Counted from the stretch's first letter, positions 1 through 9,260 are shown. The stretch is 64,000 nt of DNA from Euryarchaeota archaeon UBA88 (GCA_002499545.1 DAME01000002.1:5029-69028); one strand, 5' to 3'. Notes: a model not told the origin generated them from the sequence alone. Numbers and translations are program-made.

Positions 1-300
1 CTCAGCCCTTCGATGGGCGTCGAAAATAAATCCGCTGATGATGTCTATCACTTGCTCGAATTGCTTGAAGCACTACCAGAATTAACAGCCGGTACGTCGC
101 CTTTGGTGAATGGTCATTGGCTCATGCAGCGAACAGCGTTGAGCAAAGGACAGACTCTTGGCCGGCTGAAAGAGTGGTTGCATCGATTGCAAATCGAACG
201 AGACCTTGCTTCAATCGACGAAGTAGAATCCGTGCTTTGTACACTTCTTTGGGACCAGGAAAACCATCTCGAATGGCCGAAGGTTCAATTTCCAGACTGA
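1..300 (+). CDS. 3' end of a gene truncated by the window edge; the tail resembles the C-terminal region of tRNA nucleotidyltransferase/poly(A) polymerase-family proteins
   Basis: The reading frame is open from base 1. The segment PLVNGHWLMQ..KGQTLGRLKEWLHRLQIERDL resembles the ...L.G.DLM..G..PGP.IG.IL..L...Q tail of that family. The match is weak and from memory only. Confidence 0.3.
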   Translation, partial: LSPSMGVENKSADDVYHLLELLEALPELTAGTSPLVNGHWLMQRTALSKGQTLGRLKEWLHRLQIERDLASIDEVESVLCTLLWDQENHLEWPKVQFPD

Positions 301-346
301 TACCAACCTGCATCAAGTTGATGAGTGAGAATCCGTAGGAGATGGC

Positions 347-1462
347 ATGCTCGGTGAGAAAGCGCGCGCAATGGTCGCTGGTCAGATTGAGAAAAAACTC
401 TTAGAAAAAGGCATGAATTTGAACAACCTCACTGATGAAGAACTCTCAGCCGTGGCGGTCAATTTTGTAGGAGACGCACCTCCCAATCACGTTCCTCGAG
501 AAACAGTTATTCAGATCCTCTCGGAGCAAGACTCGGTGCTCATTTGGGCTAACTCTGTCAAGGAAAACGCAGCAAAGGCTGCCCTTGAATCCGTACGAAC
601 AACCGTAGACTCAGCCCAAAATAAGGTTGCAGCCGTTACCGAAGACAATCCAATGGCTGCGATGATGATGGAACGGTTTAGCACTTGGCTCAAAGAGTCG
701 GGATACACTGCTGCGCAACTCACTCAAATGCTGGATACTAACAAAGACGGCATCATTTCACGAACTGAGATCACCTCGATGATTGAACAAATGGCTGGCT
801 CCCAGCCACCTCAATGGGTTGTCGACTACCTCGTTGAAGCCATTGACCTTAACGGCGACGGAGTGCTGTTGGTTTCGGAATTTGGTGCATTCCTCGCATC
901 AATCGGATTTGAAACCGTCCAACTAACCCCTCCAGAACCGGAGGCTGTAGAAGATACAACGCCTCAACCCGAAGAGACGCACACACATCACATCGAAGTC
1001 ACGCCAATCCCTGAGCCCGTCGTAGCACCGGAACCAACACCGGTCGCAGAACCAGTTTCCTCACCCGTAGTGACTCCGGTTCTTCCAACTGAAGTTGAGG
1101 AAGACGGTATGCCAAGCATTGACTCCGACAATGAAAGGATGATTGAGATGTTACAGGCCTCTCGCTTAAATTCCGAAGCTGCTGCTATCATCGCTCGATG
1201 CACGAATAACCCGACATCAATGATGGTTGAGCGTGTAGAGCGCACCCTGATGGTGAACGATGAATTCCGTGGAGGGCATTCACTTATCGGAGAACTCGAT
1301 GATGGACCTTTCACTGTAGCTATCATGTTCCCTGAATCCGATAATGAGTTGATTCATTCCATCAAAAAAGGCGACCGTGTAGAGTGCAGCGCAATTATTT
1401 CAGATTGGTCAAGTGGTCTTCGTCGCGCAACACTTCAAGGAAGCAATGCACGAGTTGTTTGA
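347..1462 (+). CDS. Soluble EF-hand pair protein with a Pro-rich linker and an uncharacterised C-terminal domain
   Basis: Two canonical 12-residue Ca-binding loops, DTNKDGIISRTE and DLNGDGVLLVSE (nt 734-880). A P/E/V-rich linker follows (TPIPEPVVAPEPTPVAEP). No TM segment. Confidence 0.6.
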   Translation: MLGEKARAMVAGQIEKKLLEKGMNLNNLTDEELSAVAVNFVGDAPPNHVPRETVIQILSEQDSVLIWANSVKENAAKAALESVRTTVDSAQNKVAAVTEDNPMAAMMMERFSTWLKESGYTAAQLTQMLDTNKDGIISRTEITSMIEQMAGSQPPQWVVDYLVEAIDLNGDGVLLVSEFGAFLASIGFETVQLTPPEPEAVEDTTPQPEETHTHHIEVTPIPEPVVAPEPTPVAEPVSSPVVTPVLPTEVEEDGMPSIDSDNERMIEMLQASRLNSEAAAIIARCTNNPTSMMVERVERTLMVNDEFRGGHSLIGELDDGPFTVAIMFPESDNELIHSIKKGDRVECSAIISDWSSGLRRATLQGSNARVV

Positions 1463-2632
1463 TCACTTCAAAGCACGAGCAATGACGATGCGTTGGACTT
1501 CTTGAGTCCCTTCATAGATTTGAGTAATCTTCGCATCTCGGAAGAATCGTTCAACGGGGAATTCTTTGGTGTATCCATACCCACCGAGAACTTGGATGGC
1601 TCGTTCTGAAACCCACATAGCCGTATCTCCGGCATACAGTTTCGCCATACTGGCTTCTTTAGAATGCCGTGGACCACCATGCTCGTAGTGTTGTTGCTTC
1701 ACCCAAGAAGCGCGGTACACGAGTTGACGTGCGGCTTCGATTCGAGTTGCCATGTCGGCGAGATACGCCATTATCATTTGATGGAATGCAATCGGTTTGC
1801 CGAATGCTTCACGCTCGTGAGCGTATTGAAGCGCTGCTTCAAACGCACCCTGGGCAATGCCCAATGCCTGGGCGGCAATACCGATACGACTGTTGTCCAA
1901 CGCATTCATAGCGATTGGGAAACCCTTGCCGAATCCCTTCAACACATTCTCGACCGGTACTTTGCAATTCTCCAAAATCAGCGTGCAGGTGTCGGAAGAA
2001 CGGATACCGAGTTTGTCCTCTTTCTTCCCAACAGAGAATCCTTCAAAATCCGATTCAACGATGAAAGCGGTTGAACCTCCGTGCTTCTTGACGCCGTAAT
2101 CTGGGTGGTCAACGTCCTTTGCAAACAGAACCAAGACCTTCGCTTGTACTCCGTTTGTGACCCACATTTTCTCTCCGTTGAGAATGTAGTGTGTTCCATC
2201 GCTGGAGATTTTAGCCTTGCACGTCATTGCGGCAGCATCGGTACCTGCGCCCGCTTCTGATAGCGAATATGCACCGACATCACCAGCAGCCAAGCGAGTG
2301 AGATAGCGCTCCTTCTGGTCTTGGTTTCCGTGCAGAGCGATGGTTTTGGCACACAGTCCAACGTGAACGCAGTACATAACCGCAAACGAAGGGTCGACTC
2401 GCGCCAGTTCTTCGACGATAATGGATTCTGAGATGTCGTCGACCGGTGAACCACCAAATTCTTCGGGAATTGTCACGCCTTGAAGCCCGAGTTCGAGGAA
2501 TTGTTGCCATTCTTCCGACGGCGGTTGTTGATTTTGGTCGCGATGCCCAACCGTCTCTGCTAATACAGTCTCTGCGAAATCTCGAACGAGTTCGCGAATC
2601 ATTTGCTGTTCCTCGGTTTCGGCGTAATCCAT
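1463..2632 (-). CDS. Acyl-CoA dehydrogenase
   Basis: Full-length ACAD pattern: SEAGAGTDAAAM, WVTNG, and the C-terminal YEGTQEVQRIVIAR with the catalytic Glu. ATG at 2632 (MDYAETEEQQMIRE) is preferred over the longer ORF start at 2665. Confidence 0.9.
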   Translation of the reverse strand: MDYAETEEQQMIRELVRDFAETVLAETVGHRDQNQQPPSEEWQQFLELGLQGVTIPEEFGGSPVDDISESIIVEELARVDPSFAVMYCVHVGLCAKTIALHGNQDQKERYLTRLAAGDVGAYSLSEAGAGTDAAAMTCKAKISSDGTHYILNGEKMWVTNGVQAKVLVLFAKDVDHPDYGVKKHGGSTAFIVESDFEGFSVGKKEDKLGIRSSDTCTLILENCKVPVENVLKGFGKGFPIAMNALDNSRIGIAAQALGIAQGAFEAALQYAHEREAFGKPIAFHQMIMAYLADMATRIEAARQLVYRASWVKQQHYEHGGPRHSKEASMAKLYAGDTAMWVSERAIQVLGGYGYTKEFPVERFFRDAKITQIYEGTQEVQRIVIARALK

Positions 2633-2753
2633 AGGCGACCAATCTACTCTAAAACGCCGTCTCACTTAACCCGTTTGTCGTAAATGCTTGAAAGCAATAT
2701 ATGCCTCAAATTCAAATACAATGGTGTTTGGGGCGGTTTAGGGAAGAAACACC

Positions 2754-3155
2754 ATGGACGAAGAAGTGGTAGAATTCAGCGTAGCGCACAACCGCAAATA
2801 TTCCAGAGATCACCTCTGGTATCAAGAAAAAGATGAACGGCTCATGATAGGGGTCAGCGAATACCTCGCCGTAGAAATCGGTGAAGTGTTGCGCGTTATC
2901 CTACCGCAAGCCGAATATGAAATCGATGAAGGAAGAGATATGTTCTCGATTTGGACAGCAGAAGAGAAGGTCGCTTTCCCGTCCCAATACTCCGGCATGA
3001 TTGCCGAAGTTAACGGTGAAGTCGAAATCAACCCTGATTTGGTCAATGATTCTGCGTATGACCATGGATGGATTATCATCATTGAACCTCACGAACTGGA
3101 CCTTGAAGACCTGCTGGACCCCGACGAATACGTCGAATTCCTCGCCGAACTTTGA
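2754..3155 (+). CDS. gcvH: Glycine-cleavage H-protein-like lipoyl carrier
   Basis: GcvH-like layout: YSRDHLWY, GVSEYLAVEIGEV, a candidate lipoyl-Lys in TAEEKVA, and DHGWIIIIEP. No other gcv genes are nearby. Confidence 0.7.
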   Translation: MDEEVVEFSVAHNRKYSRDHLWYQEKDERLMIGVSEYLAVEIGEVLRVILPQAEYEIDEGRDMFSIWTAEEKVAFPSQYSGMIAEVNGEVEINPDLVNDSAYDHGWIIIIEPHELDLEDLLDPDEYVEFLAEL

Positions 3156-3191
3156 GTAAAAGTGATACTCCTTCGGGAGAAGCCACCTGCC

Positions 3192-3770
3192 ATGACAGAC
3201 GCTATGGGCAGGTTGCGAGCAAGCCTCCAAAACGCTCCAGTGATTTGGAAAGGCGATTATCCTTACTTCATTCATCCCATAACAGATGGCGTACCGCGTC
3301 TCGACCCGGCAGTGCTTGAAGCAGTCACTGACTTGTGCCAATCTACCATTGACTGGAACAGCATCGACCTTCTGTTAGGAATCGAAGCGATGGGATTGCC
3401 CCTCACTGCACCACTCAGCGTTCGCACCGGTGTTCCGCTGGTCGTTGCTCGTAAGCGCTCGTACGGACTTGAAGGTGAAGTGACAATCGACCAAGCTACC
3501 GGCTACTCGAAAGGTGAGATGTTCTTGAACGATATCAAACCAGGTGAACGAGTCGCCATCATCGATGACGTCCTTTCAACCGGTGGAACCATGAAAGCGG
3601 TGATTGAAGGAGTTCATCGTGCCGGAGCAACCGTCGCCCACGTCATCACCGTTGTTGAGAAAGGACCCGGTTTGGGTGTTTTGCAAAGGCAATACCCCAC
3701 GATTAAAATCGACTCACTGGTGCGATTAGAGATGGACGGCGGCTCGGTTGTTTTACTCGATGAAAACTGA
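3192..3770 (+). CDS. Archaeal-type purine (hypoxanthine/guanine) phosphoribosyltransferase
   Basis: N-terminus LRASLQNAPVIWKGDYPYFIHPITDGVP is typical of archaeal HGPRT. PRPP-binding loop RVAIIDDVLSTGGTM. ATG at 3192; the ORF opens at a GTG at 3162. Confidence 0.8.
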   Translation: MTDAMGRLRASLQNAPVIWKGDYPYFIHPITDGVPRLDPAVLEAVTDLCQSTIDWNSIDLLLGIEAMGLPLTAPLSVRTGVPLVVARKRSYGLEGEVTIDQATGYSKGEMFLNDIKPGERVAIIDDVLSTGGTMKAVIEGVHRAGATVAHVITVVEKGPGLGVLQRQYPTIKIDSLVRLEMDGGSVVLLDEN

Positions 3771-3826
3771 TTCTTTCAAAGGGTGGATTGATGAGGGGGG
3801 GGCGCTCCGGTTGAACAGGGTGCACC

Positions 3827-4936
3827 ATGGATCTTGACCGTCACGACTTCCAACTCGGCGAGTTGATGGAGAGAATTCAAGCGAATGATAATCGCTTAAT
3901 TGCTCTTCAAGTCCCTGAAGGGCTGAAGATGCAAGCCTTGGAAATGATGGATACCATTGAGACCGAAACAAGTGCGAAAGTCGTCCTCGCTGCCGACCCC
4001 TGTTACGGCGCTTGTGATTTAGTCCACGACAAGATGCAAATGATGGGCGTTGAACTGGTTGCACACATGGGCCATTCTCAAATGAACATCGATTCAGGCA
4101 TGCCAACGCAGTTCATTGACGTCACCTACGATGGCGACCCAGAAATCGCCCCCGTCGTCCCGTTCCTCGATGCACATTTGGCCATGGCGAAGAAGCGACT
4201 TGAGGACCAAACCAAATCCGAAGACCTGTCCAATGAAGAAGCTCAAGACCGTTTTTTGGATGCCGTTGGACGCCTCGCACCACTCACGGGAACCAAACTT
4301 GGCCTGGTCGGTTCAATTCAACACCTTCACCTGCTGCCTGAATTCCATCAACGCTTGGAAGATGCAGGGTACGATGTCACCATACCAATCGGCGGAGCAC
4401 GCCTTTCCTTCCCGGGGCAGGTTCTTGGGTGTAATTACTCCGGAGACGACGATTCTATAGGCCACTATCTGTTCCTTGGTTCTGGTGACTTCCATCCAAT
4501 TGGCTTGGTCCTGCACACCGGAAAACCGTTGGCAATGCTCGACCCGTACACTGGCGATGCTGAAGAAATGTCACTGGAACGAATCGAGCGAATTCTACGC
4601 CAGCGCTCAGGCCTGATCATGGCGAGCGGTGATGCTCAGCGGTTCGGAATCCTCATCGGCGAAAAACCCGGTCAAATGCGTCGTACTCTTGCACTCCGCA
4701 TGAAGCGCATGCTTGAGAAGCACGGCAAGAAAGGGTACTTGCTCGCGCTGGAACACATTGGCCCAGACCTCATTGACTTCTACCCTGTTGACGCCTTTGT
4801 CAACACCGCTTGCCCTCGAATTGCAATCGATGATGCTGTCCGTTACAGGAAACCCCTCATCACCCCATTTGAACTCGAAGTTGCCCTCGGTGAGAAGAAA
4901 TGGGAAACTGGATATCAATTTGACGAAATCCCTTGA
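3827..4936 (+). CDS. dph2: Diphthamide synthesis radical-SAM enzyme Dph2
   Basis: LQVPEGLK and ADPCYGACD motifs, with the three-domain Dph2 length. There is an acidic insert (KRLEDQTKSEDLSNEEAQ). Confidence 0.85.
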   Translation: MDLDRHDFQLGELMERIQANDNRLIALQVPEGLKMQALEMMDTIETETSAKVVLAADPCYGACDLVHDKMQMMGVELVAHMGHSQMNIDSGMPTQFIDVTYDGDPEIAPVVPFLDAHLAMAKKRLEDQTKSEDLSNEEAQDRFLDAVGRLAPLTGTKLGLVGSIQHLHLLPEFHQRLEDAGYDVTIPIGGARLSFPGQVLGCNYSGDDDSIGHYLFLGSGDFHPIGLVLHTGKPLAMLDPYTGDAEEMSLERIERILRQRSGLIMASGDAQRFGILIGEKPGQMRRTLALRMKRMLEKHGKKGYLLALEHIGPDLIDFYPVDAFVNTACPRIAIDDAVRYRKPLITPFELEVALGEKKWETGYQFDEIP

Positions 4937-4990
4937 TGTTGCCCGAAGTACTGGTTCGAAACTGGCGTTTTCGCACTCGAACGAAACCGT

Positions 4991-6226
4991 ATGTTCAATA
5001 ACGGTTGGCGTAAGCCTTCCGATGTTATGGGTAACTATCTCGACCGCATTGGTGCTGGCTGGGTTCTTGCAAACCCTGACGTCATGGATTTCGATTACAT
5101 TCCAACTGAACTGGTCGGTCGTGAAACAATCCAAAACGAACTCGCCTCGAAGTTCAGCACCCTGCACCATCCTGAAGGAGCAGGTCGCGTTGTCATCACC
5201 GGACCGGTTGGGAGTGGCAAGACGGTTCTGGCACGAACGTTCTGTCGGGACATTCAGCGGCACCTCTCAAACAAGCGCAATATTCGCTCAGTTCACGTCA
5301 ACTGCCGTAATGCTTCGACCAGCATGCGGGTCGTTCAACGAATTCTGCACGAATTAGCCCCAGGTCATCCAGACCGGGGACTTTCAATGGGGGAATTGCT
5401 CATGAGTCTTCGAAGAATACTTCGTCAAGACACGTCACATCTGTTAGTCGTCCTTGATGAAGTCGACCACATGCTTCGCCGCTCGGGCGATGATTTACTC
5501 TACCAGTTGTTGCGTATCGATGAAGACCAGGCTGGGAAAGGCACACTGTCGTTGATTCTCATCAGCCAAGAGCAGGTGCTTGATGTGCTGGAAACCGCTG
5601 TAATTTCTCGTATGGGTAGCACGAATCACATTCGCATCGACCCCTACACCGTGGACGGGTTGGAAGCCATTGCCACCCAACGGGCTGAATCGGGATTGGT
5701 TCCCGGTTCGTGGTCGCCGGAGATCATCCGTCTTATCGCTGAAAAAGCAGCGCCATCTGGAGATGCAAGGCGGGTCATTGAACTGCTCAATGCTGCTGTC
5801 GAACGGTGTGAATTTCGCCAAGATGACCACAGCGAACGATGCCTGACAGTGGAAGATGTTCACGTTCCGCTCGAGAACATCGCAACGGCGGCGGGAAGTA
5901 ACCTCGAACACATTGATGACTTGAACCCAAATGCCATGTTGGTCCTGCTCAGTTTGTGCAGAAGGCTCAGCAAACAAGAGTCGATGACGACTGGGGAAGT
6001 TGAACAACTCTACGCCGTTGTGTGTGAAGAGTATGAACAAAAAATGCGGAGCCATACCACGGTTTGGAAATATCTAAAAGAATTTGAAGAGCGACAAATT
6101 ATCACTTCAAGGGTCGCTGCAATTGGTGATGGTCGAGGCAGAACTACGCATCTGAGCATGCCACATTACTTACCAAAAGACCTTGCAAGTCGCATTGAAA
6201 TGCTGCTAAAAAGGAAGTTTCGGTGA
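4991..6226 (+). CDS. cdc6: Orc1/Cdc6 replication initiator
   Basis: DFDYIPTELVGRE lead-in, Walker A GPVGSGKT, Walker B LLVVLDEVD, sensor region, and a C-terminal winged helix (TVWKYLKEFEERQII). Confidence 0.85.
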   Translation: MFNNGWRKPSDVMGNYLDRIGAGWVLANPDVMDFDYIPTELVGRETIQNELASKFSTLHHPEGAGRVVITGPVGSGKTVLARTFCRDIQRHLSNKRNIRSVHVNCRNASTSMRVVQRILHELAPGHPDRGLSMGELLMSLRRILRQDTSHLLVVLDEVDHMLRRSGDDLLYQLLRIDEDQAGKGTLSLILISQEQVLDVLETAVISRMGSTNHIRIDPYTVDGLEAIATQRAESGLVPGSWSPEIIRLIAEKAAPSGDARRVIELLNAAVERCEFRQDDHSERCLTVEDVHVPLENIATAAGSNLEHIDDLNPNAMLVLLSLCRRLSKQESMTTGEVEQLYAVVCEEYEQKMRSHTTVWKYLKEFEERQIITSRVAAIGDGRGRTTHLSMPHYLPKDLASRIEMLLKRKFR

Positions 6227-6227
6227 A

Positions 6228-6233
6228 TTTTTT
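6228..6233 (+). terminator. Oligo-T tract (T6) immediately after the cdc6 stop codon; possible archaeal intrinsic termination signal
   Basis: TGA at 6224-6226 is followed by aTTTTTTc. Archaeal RNAP terminates at oligo-T stretches. Confidence 0.35.
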
Positions 6234-6301
6234 CTCGTGTACCTTGAACGGTGAGCCTAAATAGAGGTCGATGGTCGGAAGGTCGTTCTAGAAGTGATAT
6301 A

Positions 6302-6793
6302 ATGGCTGTTGGACAACAAGGAGAATTCGTCGCCGTAGTAAATGATACTGACCCCAAGAACGGTGGAAAGTCGTATTCGCTGAAAATCAGTGGAAACAAT
6401 CACGCCCAGCTCTTGGGTAAGAAAATCGGGGATACCGTTGACGGAATCTTCGTTGGAGAAGGGGAACAAACACTCTCCGGATACAAACTTCAAATCACTG
6501 GTGGCTCCGATAAAACCGGCACCCCGCTTCGCCGTGACCTCGAAGGTGGAGCACGCCAATCGGTTTTGGTGACACAGTCCACTGGATTCAAGGGGCACAA
6601 CCTCGTGTTCAAAACCAAGGGTGGCGAAAAGAAGCGATTCCGTTACAAGCCTCACGGCCTACGCATGCGCCGCAACTTCCGTGGAAACACAATCAACCAA
6701 GACACACGCCAAATCAACCTCAAAGTCATCGAGTCCGGAAAAAAGGCACTCGGAGACATCCTCGTCTCGGGTAGCGAAGAAGCATCGGAGTGA
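6302..6793 (+). CDS. rps6e: 30S ribosomal protein S6e
   Basis: MAVGQQGEFVAVVND...LSGYKLQITGGSDKTGTPLRRDLEG matches the S6e core. ATG at 6302 inside the longer ORF. Confidence 0.85.
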   Translation: MAVGQQGEFVAVVNDTDPKNGGKSYSLKISGNNHAQLLGKKIGDTVDGIFVGEGEQTLSGYKLQITGGSDKTGTPLRRDLEGGARQSVLVTQSTGFKGHNLVFKTKGGEKKRFRYKPHGLRMRRNFRGNTINQDTRQINLKVIESGKKALGDILVSGSEEASE

Positions 6794-6831
6794 ATCCCGA
6801 GAGGGCGTTCGTACAAGGGGAGTGAGGAAGC

Positions 6832-8070
6832 ATGAGTCGAAAGCTTCCCGCACAACCTGAAGTCAACATCGGCTTAATCGGCCACGTGGACCACGGAAAA
6901 ACAACACTCACGCAAGCGCTGTCTGGTGTTTGGACCGATACACACTCCGAAGAACGCAAGCGCGGCATCTCAATTAAATTGGGATACGCAGATACGGCAT
7001 TCTACAAGACCGGTGACGGTCAATACTACGCAACTGGCCGCCGCCCTGACGGTGGAGACGACCAGGAAAACGAACTCCAGCGCGTGATTTCATTCGTTGA
7101 CGCTCCCGGCCACGAAACGCTGATGGCGACGATGATAACGGGTGCTTCAATCATGGACGGCGCCATGTTAATGGTTGCTGCAAATGAAACGTGCCCACAA
7201 CCTCAAACTCGTGAGCATTTGATGGCTCTTGAGATTGCAGGAATCGAAAACATCGTCATTGTTCAAAATAAAATCGACCTCGTAACTCGGGAACGGGCAG
7301 TTGAGTCATTCCAAGAAATCAAAGACTTCCTCAAAGATACCATTGCTGAAAGCGCCCCAATCATTCCAGTTTCAGCCCATCACGATGTCAATCTTGACAT
7401 TCTCATCGATGCCATCGAAAGGACAATTCCAACACCGGACCGCTCAAAGGACACGCGTTCAATCATGCATGTCGCTCGTTCGTTCGACATCAACCGGCCA
7501 GGAACACGCCCCTCGAAACTCCGAGGAGGCGTCATTGGTGGGAGCATCGTTGAAGGGACGTTCAACAACGGAGATGAAATCATCATAGGACCTGGTCGCA
7601 AAATCGAAAACGGTTCGAAGACCACATGGGAACCGATCGAAGCAACTGTTAGCAGCATGAAAGGTGGCGGGCTTAGCCTTGACACCATGCATTCCGGTGG
7701 ATTGTGCGGTATGGCGACACTTCTCGACCCTTCAATCACGACATCAGACAACCTTTCCGGACAGGTTGTTGCCCGAAAAGGAGACCTGCCTGAAATTCGA
7801 AATTCTCTTTCCATCGATGTGAAACTGATGGATACAATGGTTGCTGGTGAAGGCGAAGCACCAGAGAAGATTTACTCACTCCGTAATAATGAGATGTTGA
7901 TGATCAATGTAGCAACTGCTACTTCAGTAGGTGTCACCAAAAATGCTGAGAAAGGCAAAGCAACCCTCGACCTACGACTCCCCATTTGCGCAGACTCTGG
8001 ACAACGCGTCTCTCTTTCCCGCCGAGTTGGTTCTCGTTGGCGACTCATCGGATACGGAACGATTCAGTGA
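6832..8070 (+). CDS. eif2g: Translation initiation factor aIF2 gamma subunit
   Basis: G1 GHVDHGKTT, G3 DAPGHE, G4 NKID, and EF-Tu-like domains II/III. GGGGAGTGAGG lies upstream. It follows S6e, as in the conserved archaeal cluster. Confidence 0.95.
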   Translation: MSRKLPAQPEVNIGLIGHVDHGKTTLTQALSGVWTDTHSEERKRGISIKLGYADTAFYKTGDGQYYATGRRPDGGDDQENELQRVISFVDAPGHETLMATMITGASIMDGAMLMVAANETCPQPQTREHLMALEIAGIENIVIVQNKIDLVTRERAVESFQEIKDFLKDTIAESAPIIPVSAHHDVNLDILIDAIERTIPTPDRSKDTRSIMHVARSFDINRPGTRPSKLRGGVIGGSIVEGTFNNGDEIIIGPGRKIENGSKTTWEPIEATVSSMKGGGLSLDTMHSGGLCGMATLLDPSITTSDNLSGQVVARKGDLPEIRNSLSIDVKLMDTMVAGEGEAPEKIYSLRNNEMLMINVATATSVGVTKNAEKGKATLDLRLPICADSGQRVSLSRRVGSRWRLIGYGTIQ

Positions 8071-8082
8071 GACGGTGATGTC

Positions 8083-8466
8083 GTGCAACAAATCCTCATC
8101 GACGCTTGCGGGTGGGTAGCAATCATCGACTCAAAGATGAACATGGATGCTGAACTTTCTCGAATCTATGGCCCTTGCTCCTTCTTGCTGTTACAAAGCG
8201 TTGAACAAGAACTGATTTCATTGAACAACCAGCGTCCTCGAAACAAGAATTTGTTACTCGGCCTGTTAATGAAAAAATCGGAGCCTATCGAGGCATTAAG
8301 TCAAGACTTCAGCCACCCCGACGACCAGTTGTTCACACTTGCCAGCAAACACGGCTACCCAGTCCTCACCGTTGACATTGACTTGAAGCGACGCTTGTAT
8401 GAACAGGGCCTTCCCGTCTTGGAAGTCAACAAAAGCCAACGGCTGCATCTCCTCGAAAAGGTGTAA
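8083..8466 (+). CDS. PIN-domain protein, probably the housekeeping PIN that follows aIF2-gamma in archaea (Fcf1/Utp24-like)
   Basis: N-terminal ILIDACGWVAI carries the first PIN acidic residue, and TVDIDLKRRL lies near the C-terminus. About 127 aa. GTG start 12 nt after the aIF2-gamma stop. Confidence 0.55.
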   Translation: MQQILIDACGWVAIIDSKMNMDAELSRIYGPCSFLLLQSVEQELISLNNQRPRNKNLLLGLLMKKSEPIEALSQDFSHPDDQLFTLASKHGYPVLTVDIDLKRRLYEQGLPVLEVNKSQRLHLLEKV

Positions 8467-8594
8467 CTTTTGCACTGGAATTGTGAATTCTACCCTGTCT
8501 ATTTGTATGGATCATTACGATTAAATGACGTTGCAATTGAAAGGTAAGTAATTGTTCACACGAGGCAGTTTGATTCATATAGAATTAGACAAGC

Positions 8595-8969
8595 GTGGCG
8601 CTCATGACTCCGTCTCCACAACAGCGACTCATCGAATCGATGGTTTACATTGGAGCACCGGAAAGTATTGTGAAATGCATCGTCGCACTCGACCTTCACG
8701 GTCCGTTAAGTTCGAAGAAAATCCAGGACACCTGCAATTTACGACAACCGGAAGTCAGTCTAACGATCAAAAATCTCAGTGAGCGAGGAATGGTCAAAAT
8801 CAACGTCCCCGTCACGAAGGGAAGAGGACGTCCGTCTCACAGATACGAACTTAACAATCCAATACAAGAGTGCTTAGAAGGGTACATCGCTGAAGCAAAA
8901 GAACGTGAGAAACAAATTCGCTCACATATCGAGATTACGGAAAGAATCCTCGATGACCTGTTACGGTAA
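8595..8969 (+). CDS. Winged-helix transcriptional regulator (ArsR/TrmB-like)
   Basis: LHGPLSSKKIQDTCNLRQPEVSLTIKNLSERGMVKINV...GRGRPSHRYEL is a classical HTH-plus-wing pattern. Alternative ATG at 8604. Confidence 0.6.
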   Translation: MALMTPSPQQRLIESMVYIGAPESIVKCIVALDLHGPLSSKKIQDTCNLRQPEVSLTIKNLSERGMVKINVPVTKGRGRPSHRYELNNPIQECLEGYIAEAKEREKQIRSHIEITERILDDLLR

Positions 8970-9260
8970 TGTGAACAAGACATCGTCACCGTGTCCGTCC
9001 AGTAAGCCCAACTTCACCCCAGCGTCTATCCAGGCATGAGCATAGTTAATCGCTCCGAAGGCACGAACCCTGTCCCCGATTGAAAGGAAATGAGCGGCGT
9101 CAGATGCATAGTCATCAGCCATTCGCATCATCACCGCTAAATCCCGAGCTTGTTGTGTACCGTTTGCGTGAACAGGTGTTGCCTTTTGGCGTGCTCTGCG
9201 GGTGATATCAAGATATTTTTCAACCCGTTCAACCGACACATGCTCCAATTCATCGCTCAT
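8961..9260 (-). CDS. DUF357-family small protein
   Basis: DAAHFLSIGDRVRAFGAINYAHAWIDAGVKLGLLD matches the remembered DUF357 signature (...YAHGWLDAG.RLGL). An ATGA overlap links it to the upstream gene. Confidence 0.6.
   Translation of the reverse strand: MSDELEHVSVERVEKYLDITRRARQKATPVHANGTQQARDLAVMMRMADDYASDAAHFLSIGDRVRAFGAINYAHAWIDAGVKLGLLDGHGDDVLFTLP

Noticed and set aside
4607-5357. Two ORFs of about 215 aa (4607-5263 on the - strand, 4713-5357 on the + strand) spanning the dph2/cdc6 junction
   Set aside because: They overlap well-supported dph2 and cdc6 genes in other frames and have no motifs.
8083-8969. PIN-domain gene plus a nearby wHTH gene as a VapBC-like toxin-antitoxin pair
   Set aside because: The PIN gene follows aIF2-gamma by 12 nt, as in the conserved archaeal translation-factor cluster. 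The wHTH gene is downstream rather than upstream, is separated by 128 bp, and is larger than typical VapB antitoxins.
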